Origin: Candidatus Cloacimonadota bacterium
GTDB taxonomy: Bacteria; Cloacimonadota; Cloacimonadia; Cloacimonadales; TCS61
Assembly (NCBI GenBank): GCA_023137125.1
Contig: JAGLPW010000107.1
Location: 1-60,517 of the forward strand
Reading direction: 5' to 3'
DNA length: 60,517 bases
Shown here: positions 34,698-44,214 of the stretch, piece by piece
Layout of the letters: each line of letters starts with the position of its first letter
Position numbering within the stretch: the stretch's first letter is position 1
Notes under the pieces: model-generated
Told to the model about the DNA's origin: nothing
Databases searched by the model: none
The model's input: the letters and a program-made list of their open reading frames with translations, nothing else
Translations under genes and position numbers: made by a program

Positions 34698-36428
34698 ATG
34701 GCGAGCAAATCAAGTCATCAATATTATTCAAACTTAAAAGACTGTTCAAGAATCCGTGTTGTTGCAGAAACTGTAATGTTAAATCCAAGAGTTCAAAAGA
34801 TTTCAGCTGCAGAAGCCTATAAAATGGCATTAGATCAACCGGGTGTATCCGAAACTGATATTGAAATATATCCTACCTTTGCCAAGAAACTAGGGCTTCC
34901 AAATGGAGCTAAAGTTCTTAATGACTGCCATGGTAAAATAATCGGTAGAACAGCAAAAGCCAGAGTATTCTATAATCGAATTGAAGAAAGTGAGAAGACC
35001 AAAATTGAAGGTGATATCAGAGAAGCTGTTTATCAACTTGAACAGAATGATCTGATTAAAGCTGAGGCCATCATTGGATTAGATAAAGACCTAATGATAA
35101 AAGGAACTTTTGTTACAACTCGATCAGACGCCATGAATGTATTTAATTGGTTAACAAACTTTACACCATTTGAGCTTTTAAAAGAAGAATATAGGAACAG
35201 CAAAGTACTTCCAATACAAGATATCATTATTGTGGCATTCAATGAATGGACTTGCGATGATCCGTATTACTGCAATATCGGTTCGCCTCAACTTGCACTT
35301 GTTGATGAACAACATAATGTAATTTTCAATTTAGGAATGCGTTATTTTGGAGAACGCAAGAAAGGAACGCTTACTCTTGCCTGGACATCAGGAATGCGTC
35401 TTGGAATGGCAGCTTGTCATGGTGGCATCAAAGAGATCGACTTTGCAACTTGTAACGATAAGGATGTTAAGAAATTAGGAAAAAGATCTATAGCTTTTTA
35501 TGGTCTCTCCGGGACAGGAAAATCATCTCATACAAATTCTGCGGATAATGCCGGAACTATGCCTGAGGGATTTTCTAAAGTTGTTCTTCACGATGATGCT
35601 TTCCAGATTGACACAAAGAACAAAATATGTCGTGTTTGGGAACCTTCACTTTTCGATAAAACTGATAGCCGTCCAATTGATCACCCAGACTGGAAATATT
35701 GCATTTCTCTGATGAACCATGCTCTGATCGAGGTTGATGGCAAACTATATCCGATTGGTCTTGATCTGCGTCAAGCTAATGGTAGAGCACTTTTAGATAG
35801 AGACCTACTTGGCAAATGGGTTAATAGGTGCAGTTTTCCAAAAGCTCTTGCTTGGCTCATGAAAGATTCTGTGCTCCCCCCCATATTAAAATTCAGTGAC
35901 CATTACCTTGCTGTGGCAATGGGAGCAGCCCTTATTACAAAAAGAAACAGAGCAGAGAACGTTACCGAGGAAGAACTGAAGAAATTGGTTTTTGAGCCTT
36001 TTGCTAATCCGTTCCGAGTATATGAACTTTGGAGAGATGTAGAATCTTTCCATAAAGTTATTAGCAGTGGTGCTGAGAGTTATTGTTTTAATTCTTCATC
36101 ATATTGGAAATCTTCTGAAGCTGATATGGAAGTGATCAAATTAAATACATCACTCACATTGCAAACAGCAATACTTACTGATCAACTCGAATGGGAAAAA
36201 TGGGATGTTTTAGCTGGTGCAATGATCCCAACAAGAGAGTCCATTGAAAAGATATTACCCGGATATTATGATAAATATGATCCATATAAACGACAAAATG
36301 TAATGGATTATCTAGATCTTCTAAAAAGCAGGTTTAAGCAACGAGAAGATTTTCTAAAAAGTTCTGATCTCAAAACAAAACCCGAACTTCTAAATAAGCT
36401 CTTAGATGCTTTAAAAATCAACGTCTAA
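34698..36428 (+). CDS. pckA: Phosphoenolpyruvate carboxykinase (ATP) family, divergent
   Basis: Start at MASKSS (GGAGGA RBS). FNLGMRYFGERKKG and the kinase-1a-like YGLSGTGKSS. Confidence 0.6.
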   Translation: MASKSSHQYYSNLKDCSRIRVVAETVMLNPRVQKISAAEAYKMALDQPGVSETDIEIYPTFAKKLGLPNGAKVLNDCHGKIIGRTAKARVFYNRIEESEKTKIEGDIREAVYQLEQNDLIKAEAIIGLDKDLMIKGTFVTTRSDAMNVFNWLTNFTPFELLKEEYRNSKVLPIQDIIIVAFNEWTCDDPYYCNIGSPQLALVDEQHNVIFNLGMRYFGERKKGTLTLAWTSGMRLGMAACHGGIKEIDFATCNDKDVKKLGKRSIAFYGLSGTGKSSHTNSADNAGTMPEGFSKVVLHDDAFQIDTKNKICRVWEPSLFDKTDSRPIDHPDWKYCISLMNHALIEVDGKLYPIGLDLRQANGRALLDRDLLGKWVNRCSFPKALAWLMKDSVLPPILKFSDHYLAVAMGAALITKRNRAENVTEEELKKLVFEPFANPFRVYELWRDVESFHKVISSGAESYCFNSSSYWKSSEADMEVIKLNTSLTLQTAILTDQLEWEKWDVLAGAMIPTRESIEKILPGYYDKYDPYKRQNVMDYLDLLKSRFKQREDFLKSSDLKTKPELLNKLLDALKINV

Positions 36429-36457
36429 TACAATAGATATTACATAAATATATTAAA

Positions 36458-36485
36458 CGCCGGTAGTTATCTGCCGGTGTTTTTC
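36458..36485 (+). terminator. Rho-independent terminator after PEPCK
   Basis: cgccggtag-ttat-ctgccggtg followed by TTTTT. Confidence 0.6.
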
Positions 36486-36603
36486 TTAATAACTTTCTAG
36501 AATAATATTTCACTTTGGTCAAATTAATTGACAATTAATTTCATTATCGTAAATAAGACTATATGCAATGAAACATAAGAAATCAATAAAAAAGGGGGAA
36601 AGT

Positions 36604-37296
36604 ATGAAAAACAAGTTTTGGATTTTCTTTTTATTAGTAATTGTTTTTTCAAGTTTTTGGGCATGCTCTCAGAAAGATCCAATTGGGATCAAACAAGTAT
36701 TAATAGATGATCCGGATTCCCATGCTCCGGTTCTTACTAATGTTCAATTAATTGGAGACAGTCTTAAAGTGGAATGGATGGATAATACTCCACTTGACAG
36801 TCAATTTAAGATCTATCGCAAGATAGAAGATGATGCTTTTACAGTAATTACAACTATCGACTCAATATATTTTGAGTATTACGATACTTATGCATTTGAA
36901 GACAGCACATTAATAACTTATTATGTAGAAACGATCGCTCCAACTTATACACAGCAATCAAACCAAATAGAATACCTTTATGGTAGCATTCCATCCGGAA
37001 CTCAAATCACTATCAATGTAACAGTGGATAATGATCCTGATGAAGCATCCTGGAACATATATAATTATTCCACATCTTCCTATTATTTTCTTAATGATCA
37101 GACTTTCAGTTTCAATAATGAAAATCAGATATTAACAATTGATCTGGAAAATGGACATTTCGCAGTTCGTTGTTGGGATACAGCTGGTGATGGAGGTATC
37201 GAAGGAACTGTTACAGATGATGAATCCAATATTCTAGTTGAGTGGGAAGATAATGATTATAATAATTATGGCGAATTTCACTTCTGGGTAAATTAA
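36604..37296 (+). CDS. Hypothetical lipoprotein
   Basis: Start at MKNKFWIFF (AAGGGGGA RBS). Lipobox-like SFWAC. Confidence 0.6.
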   Translation: MKNKFWIFFLLVIVFSSFWACSQKDPIGIKQVLIDDPDSHAPVLTNVQLIGDSLKVEWMDNTPLDSQFKIYRKIEDDAFTVITTIDSIYFEYYDTYAFEDSTLITYYVETIAPTYTQQSNQIEYLYGSIPSGTQITINVTVDNDPDEASWNIYNYSTSSYYFLNDQTFSFNNENQILTIDLENGHFAVRCWDTAGDGGIEGTVTDDESNILVEWEDNDYNNYGEFHFWVN

Positions 37297-37314
37297 TAGG
37301 TAAGGAGCAGAAAA

Positions 37315-39054
37315 ATGAAAAAAATATTAATTATAACAGTTCTCACACTTTTACTGTTCAGTTTGGCAAATGCTCAAGTTGCATCTTTTCGGCACTTAGC
37401 TTTGGGCACAATTATTGATGACGATCTGGATCTTGTAAAAGACCCGATAGAACTGAAATTTGTGGAAGGAAGTAGGTTATACACAAACTTAAGCAATTTG
37501 GTAAGTACAAATGAAGAGATAATGGCAAACAACAGTAACGATACATTTCTAATAGGATATTCTACAAAAAGTCCGTTTATAGAGAATTTTTGGAATTCTG
37601 TTTTTATCGAATTCCAAAAGACAAAAGTTGCAAATCCTATTCAGATCGACTCTGACCTAGATGGAGTTGATGATAATTTCGGACATGGCCTATTAAACAC
37701 TGAATTCACGGGTTATTATGATATTACAGGAGATGATATTTATGATATTATCAGACAGATTTCTCAAGAGAGATCTGATTATGATGAAGTAAATCAAGTT
37801 GAATTTGCATTAAATAATACTTTTGATGCTGGTAATTTTATTATTGGAGCTAAATTCCATTATAGTTCATACACTTCTGATGAAGATATTACTTATGACA
37901 TGAATTACATATATCATGACATTGTAGAGGATTTCGATGATTATACTGAAAACCAACTTGATGATTCAAGCAATCATTATCTGAATTCATTCTTTGATCT
38001 TCAAACTTCCATACTTTTACCGGATGTAAGAGGATATGAAATACGTGGTGACTTTATATTTATGCATCAGAATTATTCTTTTGATGTGCAGATAGATGAT
38101 TACTACCGAGAAGATTTCTTTGATATTAATATCCCAGATATTGAGGATTTTAATATAACAGAGGATGTAAGCAAAAATATAACTGAACTACCCGGGAATG
38201 CTTTTTCTCTTGGAACTTCAATGAGAAAGACTTTTGTAAAAGCTGCACAAAGGAAAAATGACGGTTATTGGAAGATAGGTGGCGGCATTACATTAGGTTC
38301 TTACGACTATTCAGATCTAGATGAAGTAACATTGACTTATACAGAAAAGTACTTTGATGGGTTAGGTATAGGGGGTGTGGATTATCTTCAAACTGATACT
38401 GAAAATGCTTTAATTAATGATAATGGAACTCAAAATACAACTCAATTCTCATTAATGGGAAAGTTGAATTATCCATTCAATGAAAAAGTATATTTTGGCT
38501 TGGGGCTAAATTATAATTACCAAATCCTAAAAAGAGACACCGATTTTGTTGAAAGTATCGAAAACACTTATGAATTCGAAATTCTTGATGAAGAATCTAC
38601 TGTTGCAGATTATATAACAACTGAAACATACTCAATAACTGCAGATAGAACTTATGAACAATACACATCCGAATTCTATGTGCCGGTTGGAATAGAATAT
38701 AAGTTCACAAACAACAATAAATGGGATCTCCGATTTGGAAGTATTTTCAGGTCATTATGTACTACAATAAACGATGCAAAAGAGATCAAGGATGCTTCAC
38801 CCATTACTACTGAAACTATCTATGGCGATGGTTCTGTTGATATCGATATTGATGATAACACCTACGATTCAACAAGTGAACAAACTAACAGTACGAACAG
38901 CTCAACAAACTATTATTATGGTTTGGGATTTCGTCCTACAGATAATCTTCAGATAGATCTTCTGGGATTTTTTGGTGGAGTTGGTGATGAAAATGACCTT
39001 CTCAATGCAGATTTCTACAAGCAGCTCAGGCTCTCTTTTACACTTAAATTCTAA
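37315..39054 (+). CDS. Hypothetical secreted / outer-membrane protein
   Basis: Signal peptide, D/Y/N-rich composition, and C-terminal ...LRLSFTLKF (OMP-like terminal Phe). Confidence 0.6.
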   Translation: MKKILIITVLTLLLFSLANAQVASFRHLALGTIIDDDLDLVKDPIELKFVEGSRLYTNLSNLVSTNEEIMANNSNDTFLIGYSTKSPFIENFWNSVFIEFQKTKVANPIQIDSDLDGVDDNFGHGLLNTEFTGYYDITGDDIYDIIRQISQERSDYDEVNQVEFALNNTFDAGNFIIGAKFHYSSYTSDEDITYDMNYIYHDIVEDFDDYTENQLDDSSNHYLNSFFDLQTSILLPDVRGYEIRGDFIFMHQNYSFDVQIDDYYREDFFDINIPDIEDFNITEDVSKNITELPGNAFSLGTSMRKTFVKAAQRKNDGYWKIGGGITLGSYDYSDLDEVTLTYTEKYFDGLGIGGVDYLQTDTENALINDNGTQNTTQFSLMGKLNYPFNEKVYFGLGLNYNYQILKRDTDFVESIENTYEFEILDEESTVADYITTETYSITADRTYEQYTSEFYVPVGIEYKFTNNNKWDLRFGSIFRSLCTTINDAKEIKDASPITTETIYGDGSVDIDIDDNTYDSTSEQTNSTNSSTNYYYGLGFRPTDNLQIDLLGFFGGVGDENDLLNADFYKQLRLSFTLKF

Positions 39055-39074
39055 ATTTGATCACATAATATAAG

Positions 39075-39105
39075 AAGCACCCGGTATCTATCGGGTGCTT
39101 TTTTA
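39075..39105 (+). terminator. Rho-independent terminator
   Basis: aagcacccg-gtatctat-cgggtgctt followed by TTTT. Confidence 0.7.
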
Positions 39106-39158
39106 CTTGTCATTTAAAACGTATTCCAGAACTTTTACAGAAATTAAAGGAGGAACTA

Positions 39159-40118
39159 ATGAAAAATGTGTTCTATATTATAATAATATTTGCATTATTT
39201 GGATGCAATACTAATAAAAATTCTGAAGTTGGAATTAATCCTTTACCCAATTTTGATGCAATGTGGGATTATCAGCATCCCGATTCAACGGAAATTGTTT
39301 TTACTGAGATTCTAAAAGGATTAACGGATTCCGCTGAAAGTTCTTATGATATAGGATATCATGCAGAACTTCTTACTCAGATCGCACGTACTCAAGGTCT
39401 ACAAAGAAAATTCATTCAAGCCCATGCAACTCTTGATTCAGTAAAAAATATGTTGAATGATAATATGAAAATAGCTTTTATGAGATATCTTTTGGAACGT
39501 GGACGTGTGTTTAATTCCTCAGGTGAAAAAGAAGTATCTAAACCAATTTTTCTAAAAGCTTTTGAGTTTGGCACAGAGAATAATCTTGATATTTACACTA
39601 TTGATGCAGCCCATATGATGGGCATTGTAGAACCACATGAAAAACAACTTGAATGGAACTTAAAAGCGCTGAAAATTGCTGAGGATACCTCAGCTGCTAA
39701 TTGTAAAGGCTGGCTGGCTCCGCTATACAACAATATCGGCTGGACATTCCACGATCTAACGGAATATGATCAGGCGCTCATTTACTTCCAAAAAGGCTAT
39801 GAAAGAAGAATAGAAATTGGAGATGAAAGAGGTACAAGAATTGCAAAATGGACAGTTGGAAGATGCCTTCGTTCTCTGGGTCAGATTGACGAAGCATTGA
39901 AATTACTGAAAGAGATTCAAACGGAACTTGAAGAAAAAAATCTACCAAAAGATGGTTATGTCTTTGAAGAATTAGCCGAATTATATTCATTAAAAGGTAA
40001 CAAGAAATTGGCAAAGATAAACTTTAAACTGGCTTATGAAGAATTATCAAAAGATGCATGGATCAGTGCAAACCAGCCTGAGCGATTAAGCAGACTGAAA
40101 GATTTGGGAGATCAGTAA
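39159..40118 (+). CDS. TPR-like lipoprotein
   Basis: Lipobox LFGC. TPR-like helices such as YDQALIYFQKGYE and IDEALKLLKEIQ. Confidence 0.6.
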   Translation: MKNVFYIIIIFALFGCNTNKNSEVGINPLPNFDAMWDYQHPDSTEIVFTEILKGLTDSAESSYDIGYHAELLTQIARTQGLQRKFIQAHATLDSVKNMLNDNMKIAFMRYLLERGRVFNSSGEKEVSKPIFLKAFEFGTENNLDIYTIDAAHMMGIVEPHEKQLEWNLKALKIAEDTSAANCKGWLAPLYNNIGWTFHDLTEYDQALIYFQKGYERRIEIGDERGTRIAKWTVGRCLRSLGQIDEALKLLKEIQTELEEKNLPKDGYVFEELAELYSLKGNKKLAKINFKLAYEELSKDAWISANQPERLSRLKDLGDQ

Positions 40119-40241
40119 AGGAGAGATAACTTCCAATTTTATTTTAATGAAGAAAAATGTGAAAATCCTTGTCATAGGAACTTAGCCTAGTAAATTAAGC
40201 GCGAATGAAAAAGTATAAATAAAAAAAGGATAGATATTATT

Positions 40242-41345
40242 ATGAATACGATCAACAAAATAATTACCGAAAGCCTATTGAAAGAAAAGAAAGACAGCGA
40301 CAATAGATCCAGAGAATCGAATGCAATTAAAGTTTTTCTTGGAATTATTGCACTTGCGATCATCGTAATCTTCCTGAGAGAATTGAAAACGATATTTATT
40401 CCTCTTACCTTTGCGATCTTTCTCTCATTTATGTTCCAGCCATTGAACCGTTTTTTATACAGCAAAAAAATACCAATTATCGTAAATATTTTCTTGATTG
40501 TAATTATTATTCTCATATTATTTACAGTTTTGGGAACGATTGTTTACACAAGTGTTTCTTCTTTCGTTACAGATTTCCCCAAATATGAGAAACAGATCAC
40601 AGCGGTAGTCACTGGTATGATCACTAAATTTGAGATCCCAATGGAGCAAGTTACTTTCTATTTACAAAATAAAGTTAATTGGCTGCAAATGGCAGATAAA
40701 TTATCACTTTCAAAGATCGTTTCCGGTACAATGGGTAACTTTATAGATTTCTTTATCAAGCTTCTGCTAACTGTTGCTTTCATGATCTTCATTATTTTGG
40801 AAAGGTCAAGAATGTTTAAGAGTGTGGGCAAAGTAGTTTCTAAAGATGAAGCTGACCATTTTGGTGATGTATTAAATAATATTGAAAAACAGATAAAAAC
40901 CTATGTTGTAAACAAAACTCTTATAAGTCTCGCAACCGGATTTATCAGCATGTTTTTTATCGCGATATTCGGTATTGATTTCGTTGTGATGTCTGGTCTG
41001 TTAATCTTTATACTAAATTATATCCCCAATATTGGGTCAATATTTGCCTCTGCTTTTCCCATAATTATTTGTTTCATCCAATACGGCTTTAGCTGGCAGC
41101 TTATTGCAATAACAGTTTCTCTAATTTCAACTCAAATGATTATAGGGAATATTGTAGAGCCAAAAGTTATGGGAACTGGCTTAAAACTTTCACCACTCAT
41201 TGTTCTTATCTCTTTGATATTCTGGTACTGGGTTTGGGGACCCGTTGGCATGATCCTGGCAGTTCCGATAACTTCTGCGATCAATCTTATTTTAAAAGGG
41301 ATTCCTTCCATGAGAGTTGTTTCGGCAGTGATAAGCTCAGATTGA
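40242..41345 (+). CDS. AI-2E family transporter (PerM/UPF0118-like)
   Basis: 367 aa with about 8 TM segments. C-terminal GPVGMILAVPITS is typical of the family. Confidence 0.7.
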   Translation: MNTINKIITESLLKEKKDSDNRSRESNAIKVFLGIIALAIIVIFLRELKTIFIPLTFAIFLSFMFQPLNRFLYSKKIPIIVNIFLIVIIILILFTVLGTIVYTSVSSFVTDFPKYEKQITAVVTGMITKFEIPMEQVTFYLQNKVNWLQMADKLSLSKIVSGTMGNFIDFFIKLLLTVAFMIFIILERSRMFKSVGKVVSKDEADHFGDVLNNIEKQIKTYVVNKTLISLATGFISMFFIAIFGIDFVVMSGLLIFILNYIPNIGSIFASAFPIIICFIQYGFSWQLIAITVSLISTQMIIGNIVEPKVMGTGLKLSPLIVLISLIFWYWVWGPVGMILAVPITSAINLILKGIPSMRVVSAVISSD

Positions 41346-41348
41346 TTT

Positions 41349-42605
41349 ATGCCAATCACAGTTAATGACATTATCAATGGGAGTTTGGCAGATAATTCCA
41401 AACTAAATATTCATGATAGAATAATTTCAATTAATGGGAATGAAGTAAATGATTTTCTTGATCTACAATTTTATACAGCTGACGAAATATTAAAAATAAT
41501 TTATTTAGATAATTCGGGAATTGAACATAGTTTGGAAATACTTCAAGATTGGGAAACTCCTTTAGGTATCATTCCTCATGAACATAAATGTCGTACTTGT
41601 GCAAATGACTGTATTTTTTGTTTTGTTGATCAAATGCCGGATAACTTGAGAAAGACACTTTATATCAAAGACGACGATTACCGTTTTTCATTTGTGTTTG
41701 GGAACTTTATTACATTAACAAATTTATCCGATAAAGATATTTCTCGAATGATCGAGCAAAAATTAAATCCGTTATATATTTCTGTTCACACAACAAATCC
41801 GGTTCTTCATAAGAAGATGCTCCGCTACAAACACAATTTTAACATAATAGAAAAGCTGAAATTTTTAAGTAAGAATGGGATTGAATTCCATACTCAAATT
41901 GTAGTTATCCCGGGTTGGAATGACGGTAAAGAGCTTGAACACACATTAATTGATCTTACTTCAACAGAACTAAATTCTTTATCTGTGGGAATTGTACCAG
42001 TGGGATTATCAAAATTTCGCAACTCACTTACTCAGCTATTTCCTGTTAATTCAAAGCAAGCTGTTCAAATCCTGAAATTATCATCAAAATTTCCACGAAC
42101 TTATTGTTCAGATGAAATTTATCTATTGGCTAATGAGGAGATCCCTCCTGAAGATTTCTATGATGGTTATCCTCAATTAGAAAATGGTATTGGAATGATT
42201 CGATTACTTCTTGAAAATTGGAAACTTAACAAAAATGATTTTATTTCTGATATCCAAGAGATAAGTGAAAAGATCGTTTTTATAACTGCTGAATTAGCCT
42301 ATTCAACAATTTCTGGTATATCAGATGAGATCAATCGATTACATCCCCAAAAAACAAGAACTGTAGAGGTTATTAATAATGCATTCGGTGAAAATGTTAC
42401 AGTAGCAGGACTTCTTACTGCTTCAGACATAATAGATCAAGTTAAGCTGGAAATATATGAGATCCCTGCACTTAGTAGTAATGTTTTTAACGAAGATGAT
42501 CTCACAATTGATGGTTTAAGCAAAGATGAACTAAAAGAGCAGTTTGGTGGTCGATTATTAATAATAAATGAAGAATTTGAAGAGTGGATATTTTTTCATA
42601 AATAA
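41349..42605 (+). CDS. PDZ plus radical-SAM-like DUF512-type protein
   Basis: N-terminal PDZ-like segment followed by the CRTCANDCIFCF Cys cluster. Size is typical of this family. Confidence 0.6.
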   Translation: MPITVNDIINGSLADNSKLNIHDRIISINGNEVNDFLDLQFYTADEILKIIYLDNSGIEHSLEILQDWETPLGIIPHEHKCRTCANDCIFCFVDQMPDNLRKTLYIKDDDYRFSFVFGNFITLTNLSDKDISRMIEQKLNPLYISVHTTNPVLHKKMLRYKHNFNIIEKLKFLSKNGIEFHTQIVVIPGWNDGKELEHTLIDLTSTELNSLSVGIVPVGLSKFRNSLTQLFPVNSKQAVQILKLSSKFPRTYCSDEIYLLANEEIPPEDFYDGYPQLENGIGMIRLLLENWKLNKNDFISDIQEISEKIVFITAELAYSTISGISDEINRLHPQKTRTVEVINNAFGENVTVAGLLTASDIIDQVKLEIYEIPALSSNVFNEDDLTIDGLSKDELKEQFGGRLLIINEEFEEWIFFHK

Positions 42606-42698
42606 TAGTCTTATTTTGAAATAATTATTCCGCTTGACAGAAAAGAAGTGAATTTAATGAATTCAAAAAATTAATTTTATATTTAAAGGAATAACATT

Positions 42699-44201
42699 AT
42701 GTGTAAAGAGCAAATATTAGTCGTTGAAGATGAAGCTGTAGTAGCAGAAGACATCAGAAAGATCCTACAGGGTTACGATTATGTAGTTCCAGAAGCGATT
42801 TCAACTGGTGAAGCTGCTATCAAATCAATAAATAATACACGTCCAGACTTAATACTTTTAGACATTATGTTAAAAGATAAACTTAGTGGAATTGATGTTG
42901 CTAAGCATATCATTAATATGAATATACCAGTTATATATCTTACGGCTTATTCTGATAAAGAAGTTATTGAAAAAGCTAAAGCAACTGGACCTTTTGGATA
43001 TCTTATCAAACCTTTCAGGGAGAGAGAACTCATAGCAACAATACAAATGGCTCTATACAAACATAAAATGGAACAAAAATTAATAGAGAGTGAAGCTAAA
43101 TTTCGAACACTAGTTGAAACAACCGATGAAGGCATCTGCACGTTCGATACGGAAGATTATTTTACTTTCATTAATGAAGCTGGTGCAAAGATCTTCGGCG
43201 GTGTGATCAGCGATTTTGAAGACACTAATTTGTCTGATTATCTTAATAAATACAACTTAGAAAAAGTACATAAACACCTTAAATTGAGAAAAGAAAATAA
43301 ATCTTCACGGTATGAGCTGGAAATTATACGTAAAGATGGAAGAAAACGTTTCCTAAATATCATTGGAAGTCCTAGATTTAATCTTGATAAATTCGTTGGT
43401 ACATTTGGAATCTTTAATGATATCACTGAAAAGAAAATGGCCCAGTTAAAATTAAAGCGAACAATGGACAGTTACACTCGTATTTTCGAAAATATACAAG
43501 ATATTTACTACGAAACTGAATTTGACGGAACAATTCTTGAGATCAGTCCATCGATAGAAAATAATTCAAGTTATACACGTGAAGAATTAATTGGAAAATC
43601 TATTTATGATCTTTATTTTAATGAGAATCAGCATGATCTTTTCCTAACAAAATTAACCAAAGATGGGCACGTTACTGATTATGAGATTATTTTAGAAGAT
43701 AAAGACAAAACACAATTAACCTGTACAATAAATGCTAAGATAATTGAAGATGAAGATTCAAGTAAAGTTAGGATCATTGGTTCATTAAAGAACGTAACCG
43801 AACAAAGAGAAAGTGAATTTGCTCGTCAAGAATTTGAGAAAAGATACCGCAAACTATTTGAATCTTCAACTGATGCTGTGATCTTGCAGGACAAAAATGG
43901 CTTAATTGATTGTAATAATGCAGCTCTAAAATTATTAGGATATACAAAAAAAGATGAGCTTTTAAATCTTAAACTTGCTGATGTTTCACCTTTGATGCAA
44001 GCCAACAACAAACCATCTCGAGAAACATCTGAAAAATATTACAACCAAATCCTTAAGAATGGGAATATGAAATTTGAATGGATATTGAAGAAGAAAAATG
44101 GAAAAATATTCACTGCTGAGATATGGTTGAGTAGTTTTGAATTGAATGGTAAATCTTTTATTCAAGCTACAATGCGGGAATTAACTAATATTAAAGATTA
44201 A
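42699..44201 (+). CDS. Response-regulator receiver plus PAS domains
   Basis: The REC domain shows ILVVEDE, DLILLDIML and the conserved K in LIKPF. About three PAS-like segments follow. Confidence 0.8.
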   Translation: MCKEQILVVEDEAVVAEDIRKILQGYDYVVPEAISTGEAAIKSINNTRPDLILLDIMLKDKLSGIDVAKHIINMNIPVIYLTAYSDKEVIEKAKATGPFGYLIKPFRERELIATIQMALYKHKMEQKLIESEAKFRTLVETTDEGICTFDTEDYFTFINEAGAKIFGGVISDFEDTNLSDYLNKYNLEKVHKHLKLRKENKSSRYELEIIRKDGRKRFLNIIGSPRFNLDKFVGTFGIFNDITEKKMAQLKLKRTMDSYTRIFENIQDIYYETEFDGTILEISPSIENNSSYTREELIGKSIYDLYFNENQHDLFLTKLTKDGHVTDYEIILEDKDKTQLTCTINAKIIEDEDSSKVRIIGSLKNVTEQRESEFARQEFEKRYRKLFESSTDAVILQDKNGLIDCNNAALKLLGYTKKDELLNLKLADVSPLMQANNKPSRETSEKYYNQILKNGNMKFEWILKKKNGKIFTAEIWLSSFELNGKSFIQATMRELTNIKD

Positions 44202-44214
44202 TAATAATATAGAT